From Eledone cirrhosa (Eukaryota): a stretch of DNA of 64,000 nt. The position numbers and the translations under genes are program-made. Location: NCBI GenBank assembly GCA_964016885.1, contig OZ024741.1:373364001-373428000 (forward strand), in the 5' to 3' direction. Below the pieces are notes generated by a model. It did no database searches. It was not told the DNA's origin and saw only the letters and a program-made list of their open reading frames with translations. Positions 13,212 through 23,408 of the stretch are shown here, piece by piece (the first letter of the stretch is position 1; every line of letters starts with the position of its first letter).

Positions 13212-15772
13212 ATGCTTCAAGTGAACTATAACCTCCTCCTTTCCTTACGCCTGAGCCAGGCCCAGTTCACAACTGTAAAGAAACTCTTCCAGCTAACTGA
13301 AAAGCGCGCCAAAGCCGGCTGCCAAATAAACTTCCTAAAACGATGCCTGAATAACAACATCATCCCCAAAACTATCAAAAACTTGCACCTACCAACATGC
13401 TTCAAATCACCAAGACTCAAACGATCACTTAGTTACATACAAAAATTCTGCCTAAGAAAACTCATACAACACCTACACCGCACGCTACAACAACACATAC
13501 GGACTATTTCCAGCCTTGTTCCACAACTCTGTCCAGAGTTATCTCCGCCGCTATAGACAGGTCATACCACCATCGCCGAGACTACGCGAAAATACGCCTA
13601 ACGCAAAAATTTCTCAAACTCAGCACGGCTAACCGTCTTAACAACATCCCAACTCTAAACACCAACAGAGGCGAACACGACAGTACCAACACCGAACCTA
13701 GCGGCGCCCAGACCAACAACACACCTGACGCAAAACACCTCGTCACAGACTTGACAGGGTCCCTCTCCCGAGAGGAATTAGACCTTCTCAGCCTGGGTCC
13801 CAAGTTCATATTGAAACAGAGACTGGACGACAAATTAAGGCTCGACATAGAAACGAATTTCTGTCGGGCTGCCTACCAACTAAAATGGATATCGACTCTC
13901 GGCAACAACACCACGGAATCTAACAAACCCAGATTCATGATATACCAACTGGATCGCCCACTCTGTCCACCGCCTGCCAACCGCGAGCTTGAAGAAAAAC
14001 TTTCGAGGCTAAAACATTCCTTATTTAACATCTTACGGAAACAGAAGAAGATAGCCCCAAACCTCTCCAGGACACAACAACTCGCCCTGAAGAACCTACG
14101 GAATAGGGAACTTATATACTTACCATCCGACAAAGGTAAAGAGTTTTGCGTCATCTCTCAAGCCACATACAACAACTAGCCTTTGAACACCTAAGCGATA
14201 ATGAATTATATACAGAGATCCCGGACATGACTGCAGCCCAGATCGAAAAACAGACCAACTCCATCTGGTTCGATATCTTAAGTTAAGCTCAACTTAAGTT
14301 AAGCTCAACTACACCACTAGAAATAGCAGACTGCCCACTTTCTACCACATCATCAAGACCCACAAGAATAGTACTAAGACGCAAATAAGACCCATCGTCT
14401 CTAGCATAGAAAGACCCCTATACAAAATTTCCTGGCTCCTCTCCTAGGTCCTCAAGCCTCTACTCTCCACCTTTCCCGGGCATGTCAGTAGTTCCGACGA
14501 AGTTATACGTAGACTACACCAACTCCAGCCAGAACAACTTAAACTAAATAGATACGCCTTTAGCCTCGACGTTGTCTCCCTGAACACTACAGTCCCCGCT
14601 CATCCAGCTGTCGATTTATTGACGGACTGCGTGGTCGCAGAGGACATCCACTGCTACGGCCTCCATCCGACGGACATACACCAGCTTTTGTCTTTCACAG
14701 TAGACAACACGTACTTCACCTTCCACCACCACCACACATACAGACAGACAACAGGATTACCCATGGGATCCAGCCTATCGGGCCTGCTGGCCATCACCTA
14801 TATGAACCAGCTAGAATGCCGAGCCCTCAACACCTGCCATTCCCATACCTTCTTCACCCGATATGTAGATGACATACTCATCCTTACATCATCCCGTGAG
14901 GAGGCAGATAAAATATACACAACATTCTCCAGCATGGACGCCAGTATAAAGTTCAGCATGGAACACCCCGATGACCGCGGATCCCTATCCCTACTGGACT
15001 TACAACTCAGGGTAACAGAGGAAGGCAACATCCACACCTGCTTCTATAAAAAAAAGCCGCCAGCAGGGACCTGTTTGTACATTTCAGATCGGCCCTCCCA
15101 GCCGGCGCTAAGTTAGGATACATAAGGAACGAACTAACACGTATCCGGAACAAATTCACCGACGCTAGAGACCGAGACACACACACCACACATTTCCTGG
15201 AATTACTCAAACTGAACGGATACACAACATCCACCACTAACCGTGCCAGAAAGAACAGAGGACACTACACCCGAGGCACTAACACTTGCTTCCTGAAGCT
15301 CCCACACTTCAGTGACGAAACAACAACAGCCATCCGCAGAGCTATCAGACGAGAGGGACTAGATATCCAACTGGCCCACTCAGGTCCTTCTCCACGCGGA
15401 CAGCTAACCAAAAGACACTCCACCAGACATGACAACTGCTGCAGGCTAGCCAACTGCCCCATCAACGACACAGACCTATGCCACCAGGCTTACGTCATAT
15501 ACAGACTAGAGTGTGACAAATGCAGCAACTTCTACGTAGGTAGCACCACCAGACCACTCCACATAAGAATAAAAGAACACCTCAATACTAACGCTTCCTC
15601 ATTTAAGAAACACCTAGTTAAATGCAAAAACACCGACAAAATCATAATAGTTAGGATAGAAACTAAGGAAAGAAACCTCGGCAATCTTAGAATTAAGGAA
15701 GCACTAATTATAGACAAAACACAACCACCAATTAATAATAGACTAGAACTCAACACCCAATTTATAACTTGA
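13212..15772 (+). pseudogene. PLE polyprotein: reverse transcriptase + C-terminal GIY-YIG endonuclease, with stops and frameshifts
   Basis: LLSLGPKF, PSDKG, FSLDVVSL, GLPMGSSLS and RYVDD RT motifs; CRLANC..LCHQAYVIYRLECDKCSNFYVGSTTRPLHIRIKEH..EALII..PPIN endonuclease motifs; TGA at 15770-15772. Confidence 0.92.
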
Positions 15773-16160
15773 TAGAGCTTCTAGCCCCATATTTACCCAC
15801 CCACCCCCCACACACACGCACTCACACACGCGCGCACATACACACACACACACATGCTTACACCAACACTTATTCTCTCTCACACACACACACATACACA
15901 CACAAAGACCAGTTCTAACACGAGATAACATCTATCCCCCACATTTACGTATAGACATATCTTCTCACACACACACACACACTCACATACTTACACCTTC
16001 ATGCATTCTCCCACACACTTAAACAAGCATGTACAAAAAAACAACCCTTTTAAAGGGAGACTACTCTTTATCCACCTAACCTTAACTCTTTGACATTAGA
16101 GATAGAACAGATACATGACTTGGCAAGCTATTTAGAACACTGGTTTAACCACTTTATTTC

Positions 16161-16195
16161 CCTCCGAAGAAGAGATATTATCTCAAAAATTAAGG
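16161..16195 (+). ncRNA. Minimal HHR motif of the PLE pLTR (mutated in this copy)
   Basis: cct-CCGAAGA-a gagat att atctc-AAAA-at-TA-agg; the 5' repeat retains GAAA (13068-13071) but lacks the 5' half. Confidence 0.6.
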
Positions 16196-16333
16196 ACATT
16201 TAAATAAATCTAAGGTAAAAGACTAATTGTCAACAATTTCTTTTGCATTTACATTCTTTATTCTATGTCCATACCTGCATTGTTTTGGCTTTATTATACA
16301 TATACAAACGTTTATATATATATATATATATAT

Positions 16334-16556
16334 AACAAATATAACAAAGGAGTTGTGGTAAGGAACCAGATGGACTGTAACGCACCAGAGTACTCAATAC
16401 TTAGGGTAGTAGAGTGGGTAACAGGAAAATGTATGACTCCCGACGGCAGAGCTCAAGCCGTTTCGACGGCTATTTCTGGACGCGAAATATTTCAGTCCAG
16501 AAATAGCCGTCGAAACGGCTTGAGCTCTGCCATCGGGATCATACATTTTCCCATAT
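16334..16556. mobile_element. Fold-back mini-element (hairpin 16424-16551), copy 1
   Basis: ~57-bp near-perfect arms containing CGAAACGGC; second copy at 21262-21455; both sit in (TA)n. Confidence 0.8.
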
Positions 16557-16571
16557 AACAAATATATATAG

Positions 16572-16720
16572 GTTTAATTTAGAAATGGCTTCTACAGGAT
16601 ATGAACTGTTTCATTCGAATGAAACAGTTCTAGTCCTGTAGAAGCCATTTCTATATCAAACTTATACACTATTATGTATTGCATACCTTACTTACTGTGG
16701 TTACCCCTAATTGAACCCAG
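16572..16720. mobile_element. Palindromic mini-element centred immediately 5' of an HHR GAAAC..GTC half
   Basis: Perfect palindrome gaactgtttcattc|gaatgaaacagttc extended by tagaaatggcttctacagga/tcctgtagaagccatttcta. Confidence 0.7.
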
Positions 16721-16771
16721 GATATATATATATAAGGAAACAAAAATCAGTGTTGCAACATATATTTAATT

Positions 16772-16863
16772 ACATATTACATATATTTCACAGTTGATCA
16801 GCTCGAGGAACAATCAATTAATGATCGATTCTCACTCTTGAATCAGAAGCTCCTCAGATATGT
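16772..16863 (-). ncRNA. Type I hammerhead with extended stem II
   Basis: acatat-CTGAGGA-(61 nt)-GAAA-tatatg-TA-atatgt on the minus strand. Confidence 0.65.
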
Positions 16864-16923
16864 GTTAACATGTGAATCAGGATAAATATCCAACCACTCT
16901 TAGATGCAAGTCTACTTGTTAAC

Positions 16924-17013
16924 ACATATCTGAGGACCTTCCGATTCCAGAGTCAGGATTGATCATTAATCGATCGTTACTCGAGCTGATCGACAGTGAA
17001 ACATGTAATATGT
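16924..17013 (+). ncRNA. Type I hammerhead with extended stem II
   Basis: acatat-CTGAGGA-(61 nt)-GAAA-catg-TA-atatgt; 6-bp stem I, palindromic stem III ACATGT. Confidence 0.7.
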
Positions 17014-17231
17014 AAATGATGCAACACTGATTCTTTGTTGCCTTATATATTATTATTCTGCTCCTTGAGAACATTGAGTCCTTATATCAGCATATCGCCT
17101 ACGGATGCAATTAATTTGCACTTTTGGGCATCCAGCTGTAGAAATCAAGCCAGAATCAGTTCCCGTCCCACCCTTTCAAGCAGGGAAAAGTGGACGTAAA
17201 ATGATGATGATGATTATATATATATATAGTA

Positions 17232-17400
17232 ATAATAATAAATGTGAAGACTAAAATCCAAAGATATATATATCAAATACATAAAAACCATTGAACAAAT
17301 ATTTATTAAAATAACAGATTAAAATGGGATCTTCTGAAGATCCCGTTAAGGGTGAAATGTACGATTCTTTGCTTAAACTTTAATCTGTTATTTTAATAAA
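17232..17400 (+). mobile_element. Degenerate HHR-like mini-element (homolog at 2985-3135)
   Basis: CTGAAGA-t ccc gttaa ggg t-GAAA (17334-17357) enclosed by a 22-bp inverted repeat 17302-17323/17379-17400. Confidence 0.5.
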
Positions 17401-17414
17401 CACACACATATATA

Positions 17415-18057
17415 TAAAGTCTGACCCATGCCCGGAGGATGATCAGGCTGGTGCTTATCCTGGATTTCAAGACTCTTCCCCTGGACAGGATGCCAGTCCA
17501 TCACAGGGTAAATTTCCAGAAACTACTGGTGCTCCTTTTCAGCTGAGTATACAGGTTTAGCAGCATAGTATATAAATGTTATTGACACACGAGTAACATA
17601 ATAATGATGTCAACAGCAGAAATTAGAGTTATTTTTGTTGTAGCACAAATAATGTTTGTTAACTTGTATGGTTGAAGTTACACATAAAATGAGGTTACAA
17701 AAGGGAATGTGCCATTGTGCCAGGCCCAAGTGCAAAATCTCACCGTCACATGTTGTACGTGTTGCTAGTTCGAAGTTCAGTGTGCGAGAGAGAGATTCTT
17801 CAAATCCTCGCGGGGAATTTCTCCCTCAGGGCGCATAAGGATACATCCTCTTCTACTGGCGTTGATTGGCTGAGCTGAGCCAAATCACGCACAGAGAATG
17901 TATGTGAGCCCGCGGAATGTAGGTCACTACACAGGAATAATGTGAAATAAAGTGGTGTTTTGCCCAAGAACACAGCACACAGCCTGGTCCAGGAATCAGA
18001 GCCATGACATTATGGCCATAAATCTAACACCGTAACCACAAAGCCACATACCTTCAC
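17415..18057 (-). mobile_element. tRNA-derived SINE split by a ~370-bp insertion
   Basis: 17415-17560 and 17935-18057 match the two parts of the SINE at 41345-41596. Confidence 0.6.
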
Positions 18058-18506
18058 ACACAGATTGAACTGGATATATATCACCCAGTTCAATCTGTAA
18101 CGTAGTTTTGTGGTGACATGACAAAAAGCACTCAGACTGCTCTGTAGAATGGACATGTTGGTGTCACGAAAAAAGGCGCCCAGCCCACACTGTAAATGTG
18201 GTTGGTTATTAGGAAGGGCCTCCAGCCATAAAAACCAAACCAGAAACAGTTCTGTATAAGTAAAACATAGTCAATTGATATGATCTGTCTCACAATAAGA
18301 CAACTCGTCTAACCTATGCTAGAATGGAAAATAGCCATTTAACAGTGATAATTTGTGTATATATAGTTGAAAAAGGAGACAAAATTCCATACAAATCAAA
18401 GGTTATCGGTAAAAAATAAAAGTGAAAAACCACAGAAGTATATTTAAAGATAATATTTTCTTTAATCCGACAATGTATATTTCTATATTTGTTGCATTAA
18501 ATGGAT

Positions 18507-18727
18507 TTAACCCTTTAGCGTCTATATTTACTATTATATTTTCACAGTAAAGGCTTTACCTCACACAATTATCTCATATAATATTGAATCTATGAGATTT
18601 TGGTATTATTCATTTTGAGAATAATGCCTTAACATTACCATGAGTGGCCAGTTACAGCTGGTTTGAACAGAAAGAGGTGAGAGAATTCTGGTCGGATACA
18701 AATCTGGTTTAAATGCTATAGGTTTAA
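18507..18727. mobile_element. TTAA-flanked MITE
   Basis: TTAA-CCCTTTAGC end; reverse-orientation homolog of 1673-1911 and 44403-44754. Confidence 0.65.
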
Positions 18728-19179
18728 ATTTGTCAAATATTACTGGTTTCAATTAGTATATCAATCTTATCAAATATTTTTTTAAAGTTTCTTCTCTTAT
18801 TCTGTGGGCAGTTAGACTATATGGGAATATTCTGTTTATGAATATTCATATTATGTATATGTTCTTTATGAAGGTGGGGGTGTTGAAGGTGGAAATGGGG
18901 TTCAGCAGGTCAGGATTCAATTGAATTCACTAGAAAATTCACTTGGTTAAAATAGGAAATTCTTTTATTATTCATAATACTGGTCAATATAGCATTTTTT
19001 TGTTGTGTGTACCTGTATGTGTATTTAGGTGGGGTTCAATTATGTCAAAGGTTCAAGTTATACACACATACACACAAATATATATATATATATATATATA
19101 TAAATATAATGATTTGCTGAAGCTTTTGCTTGCAAACGAATCGAATATTAATAATATTACTATATCATTATTATTATAA

Positions 19180-19577
19180 GAGCGGTAGTGGATTGGCAGT
19201 ATCGGTAGAGGGTCGGACGCCATGCTTTCCAGCATAGTTACGTCCCTATACGATCTGAGTTCAAATCCCGCTGAGGTTGACTTTGCCTTTCATCCTTACA
19301 GGGTCGTTAAAATAAAGTACCAGTAATGCACTGGGTAATTGCTGGCCTTGTGCCTAAAGTAGAAACAATTATTATTATAAGAGTGGTGGATTGGCAGTAT
19401 CGGTAGAGGGTTGGACGCCATGCTTTGCAGCAAAGAGTTACGGCCCTTTATGGTCTGAGTTCAAATCCCGCCAAGGTTAACTTTGCCTTTCATCCTTACG
19501 AGGTCGATAAAATAAAGTACCAGTAATACACTGGGATAATTGCTGGCCTTGTGCCAAAAGTAGAAACAATTATTATT
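19180..19577 (+). mobile_element. Two tandem ~195-bp SINEs with (ATT)n tails
   Basis: GAGTTCAAATCCC B-box; GCCTTTCATCCT..GGGTCG(A/T)TAAAAT..AGTACCAG core resembling the Meta-SINE domain (from memory, unverified). Confidence 0.85.
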
Positions 19578-19991
19578 CATACACAAATACATTTACGTAA
19601 CTGTTATATTAGAGCGAAAACAAATTTTCTTTTTAATTTTCAGCAAAGCCAGCCGTAAAATTGCTTGGTATGCAAAATAGGCCAATCAGCCAATGTATAC
19701 TTTAGAGAATACTATATATTCTCAAGAGTTCCATGCTGTAGCAGAAAAGAGAGAGAGAGATACAATCTTGATAAGGAGCAACAACCTGGAAACAAATGTA
19801 GATTGTTTCTGCTACCCCTGAAACAAAAGGATGACGTTAGTTGTCCAGAACACATGGCATTAAGAGGCTGTTTACTCGCAAATTAATCAAATATTAATAA
19901 CATTATTATTATATTATTATTAATATTAATCATTCACGAATGCATTTACATATTTGCTATGTTGGAGCAAAACAAATTTTGTTTATATATA

Positions 19992-20865
19992 CAGGGTGCG
20001 GACGATATTTGTTCGCAACTTTTAACTGGTAATTTGATGCAAATTTTTTTTACTTCCGTTGTCACTCTTGTCTTCATAAAAACAGTGACTATATTTCCAT
20101 TATTTATTTTCAGAATAATTGATTATGAATAATTTTGAACCTCCAAATTTGTGGAAGAGACACGGAGTTCTTCTTGGAATCCACGCCGGGAGGACAAATA
20201 AGACCAGAAGATCAACTCCCAGAACAACAGGTGGCTCGTTGTCTTATCCAAAGACGTGCCCATAGTCATGCAGACAAAGTTTCCAGCGACAACATTGGTC
20301 TTAGGTGTCGTCATGCTACATCACTTCTTCCCTGAGGGCCTCAAGCTGAACACCGATGGCTACATCCGCGTTCTGAGCAAGGTAGTAAAGCCCTGGATCG
20401 ACCAGGTAGCTGCAGGTAGGCCATACATGCGGCAGCAAGACTCAGTGCCCTGCCATACCAGCCAAAAGACCCAAGCCTAGCTGTCAGAGAACTTCGTCGA
20501 CCACACTTCACCTGACATCTGGCCTCCCAGCTTGCCTGACTGTAAACCCCTCGACTTCTTTGTGTGGGGCACAGTGGAATGAGACACCAACAGATCTAGC
20601 TGCAATATGAAAGACGATCTGAAGGCCAGGATCACAAGTGCCTTTAGGGGCCTAAGTCGGGGGACAGTGACAAAGGCCTGTAGCCGGTTCTGAGGCCGCC
20701 TTGAGGCCGTCATCAAAGCCAATGGTGGGTTTATCAAGTGAGATCGAAAGAACAAGTCATGAAGACAAACTGACCCAAGTTTGATAAATAAATCTTAAAA
20801 AATAAAACTACTGTGTTATTTTTTCCTAGACAGTAATCTTGCGAACAGATATCGTCCGCACCCTG
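19992..20865 (+). mobile_element. Internally deleted Tc1/mariner element, DD37D (maT-like)
   Basis: ~27-bp TIR CAGGGTGCGGACGATAT(T/C)TGTTCGCAA, TA duplication, transposase remnant QQDS.PCH ... PPS.P.CNPLDFFVWG. Confidence 0.9.
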
Positions 20866-21008
20866 TATATATAAATATATATATATATATAAATATATGA
20901 AGGACTAGCATCCAAAATGTTTAGACCCCCCTTCCTACTATTTCAAGCATTAAACCAATATATTCCTTCCATACACTGTAACGTTTGTGTTGTTATTTCT
21001 GTTTACCT

Positions 21009-21039
<31 letters not shown>

Positions 21040-21261
21040 GATTGAATTTACCAATTATAATGTAAGTTAAATTTCATTTACCTTTAAATTCATTTTTGCT
21101 TATTATACTTTGTTTTACAATACTATATAAATTGCTATACTTAAATATATTTTTTGTAAATGAAGCTCTGAAAATTTGGATTTTAGTCTTTATGTTCATG
21201 GAGCTATTTATGGTATTTATGATTGAGATAATTTAATTAGATCTATATTTGTGATATATAT

Positions 21262-21451
21262 AAAACGAAGGAATTGTGGTAAGGAACCAGATGAACCATA
21301 ACGCACCAGAGTACTCAATACTTAGGGTAGTAGAGTGGGTAATAGAAAAAAAGTATGACCCCAATGGCAGAGCTAAAGCCGTTTCTACGGCTATTTCTGG
21401 ACAAGAAATAGCCGTTGAAACGGCTTGAGCTCTGCCGTCGGGGCCATACTT

Positions 21452-21455
<4 letters not shown>
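21262..21455. mobile_element. Fold-back mini-element (hairpin 21348-21455), copy 2
   Basis: Homologous to 16334-16556 with a shorter hairpin centre. Confidence 0.8.
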
Positions 21456-21502
<47 letters not shown>

Positions 21503-21505
<3 letters not shown>

Positions 21506-21866
21506 ATATGTAAAGAAGGCCGTTATTGCTCCAATCATTCTACTAACCCTCAGCAAATACTTTAAACCAAATGTAAACCTGTACCCATGACTCCTTCTAA
21601 ACAAACTATACTCACTCCCCAAATTCAGCTTACACAATATTATATACAGGCCAGTTCGCCTAGAATCAACAACCCTAATTGCACACCCCTCGTATCATAA
21701 AAACTTTGAAGTTATTTGAGGTTTTTTGTTTAAATATTTTATACCATTTGAGCTTGGGCTGAGAGATTGGATAGGAATAGCACTACCTCGTCATTGACCC
21801 CAGCGAAATATATATCATGGATAAACTTACATACATCTGCATATGGCCTTCACTGTATTTAATGTT
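21503..21866 (+). mobile_element. PLE-like fragment with degenerate HHR (21744-21820)
   Basis: ccat ... GAAA-tatata-TC-atgg, but CTGANGA box lost; 3' end ctgcatatggccttcact shared with 28401-28418 (minus). Confidence 0.45.
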
Positions 21867-21879
21867 ATATATATATATA

Positions 21880-22185
21880 AGTAGAAGGGATATTTAATTT
21901 GTTGGAAATTCAACAAATATAAATGTTTATAACTGATTCAGAGCACTCAACAGATTTCTGGAGTAAATATTCAATGATATTAAATATTCAATGATATTAA
22001 ATAAAGAACTACCCAAGGAAAATTCAACTGATAAGGTATGTTTCCTTGGCTATGTCAAGATTTATAAAACATACTTTGTATTTTATCTGATGAAAGCGTA
22101 CCAAAGTTTTTGGTACCCTTGAAATATATATAATAGAATAAATATGGTTTTATAAATATAGTTTCCATTTATTTAATATCATTGT
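21880..22185 (+). mobile_element. HHR-bearing self-complementary mini-element in (TA)n
   Basis: caatgatattaaataaa / tttatttaatatcattg and tttataaaac / gttttataaa pairs enclose an intact HHR. Confidence 0.7.
22079..22140 (+). ncRNA. Type I minimal hammerhead ribozyme (intact)
   Basis: tattttat-CTGATGA-aag c gtaccaaa gtt tttggtac c ctt-GAAA-tatata-TA-atagaata. Confidence 0.85.
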
Positions 22186-22194
22186 ATATATATA

Positions 22195-22792
22195 GTAATG
22201 TGCACAAATGGCGAAACACACGAATTGAGAGAGAGACTAAGCATAACAGGTGTCAAATGTGTTCTGGAGAGGAGATTGCATTGGTATGGGCATATGAAGG
22301 GTGACAGCTGTATAAAAAAGTGCAGAGCAATGAAAATTGATGGAAGCTATGGAGTGGGTAGACTAAGAAAAACCTGGGACGAGATGATAATAACTGATCT
22401 TGCTCACTTACACCTCTCTACGACAATGTCACTGGATCGAGATCTTTGGTGCCATGCAGTTGCACAGAAGACCCGCCTTCCTTGCATACAAACCTACAGT
22501 CAGTAGGTACCTCTTAACTCAATATACACAACACCCATCCCCCCCATTTCTGTCTACTGTGTCGGTGACACAACAAAAAGCACCCAGTCCACACTGTAAA
22601 GTGGTCGTGTAGTAAACATGGTAAAAAGGCTCCCAGTCCACACTGTAAATGTGGTTAGTGTTAGGAAGGGCATCCAGCCATAGAAAACCTGCCAGAGACA
22701 CTTCTGTATGAGCAAGACACGGTCTCCCAACCAATCCCGCATCAAATGGAACAAAACCGTGGAAGATGGACGTTAAACGATGATGATGATGA
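22195..22792 (+). mobile_element. 5'-truncated RTE LINE 3' end
   Basis: ERRLHWYGHM..GRLRKTWDE translation, shared 3' UTR, (GAT)n tail. Confidence 0.85.
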
Positions 22793-23314
22793 TATATATA
22801 TAAGCAGTTCAAAGTCCAGCACTCCGAAAGCTGGTTAATCCGTTGCAATCCTTGTTCTGGGTAATTATCCATGTTCGATATATATATATATATAACAATA
22901 ATCTTTTGTTTCTCACTCTATTACCTTTTCTTAATGATTCCCAACAACACTAACTTACTCCTATTCAATAATAATTGATTACATCAGTTTTATATATTTA
23001 GATAATTTGGTTGTGATTACAACAAAAGATGAGTCTCACTTATCTCTTTTGTAATCACTGTTTCTTGAAGCTGGATAAATGTTATTGCTTTTCATATGCA
23101 TGTCTCTGGTATTTCTTTTGTCATTTTCTGGGTCAGATGTGAATGAGACAAGCAACGGAATCTTACAGCATAATCTGATGTTTCACTTATGTTTCTATTT
23201 CTTTGTATATGATTACTTATATAAATATATATATATATATATAAATGTGTGTGTGTGTGTATATATATATATGATATATATATGTGTGTGCGTATATATA
23301 TATATATATATGTG

Positions 23315-23362
<48 letters not shown>

Positions 23363-23408
23363 AGTGTGTGTATATATATATATATATGTGAGGGTGTGTG
23401 TATATATA

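Larger units (their letters stand above)
13061..16316 (+). mobile_element. Penelope-like retroelement with direct pLTR-like repeats
   Basis: Direct repeat 13062-13199 / 16179-16316; single disrupted RT-GIY-YIG ORF; HHR motif in the repeat; (TA)n on both flanks. Confidence 0.93.
16732..17121. mobile_element. Inverted-repeat mini-element with two divergent HHRs
   Basis: Arms 16732-16870 and 16917-17046; HHR motif on each arm. Confidence 0.8.
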
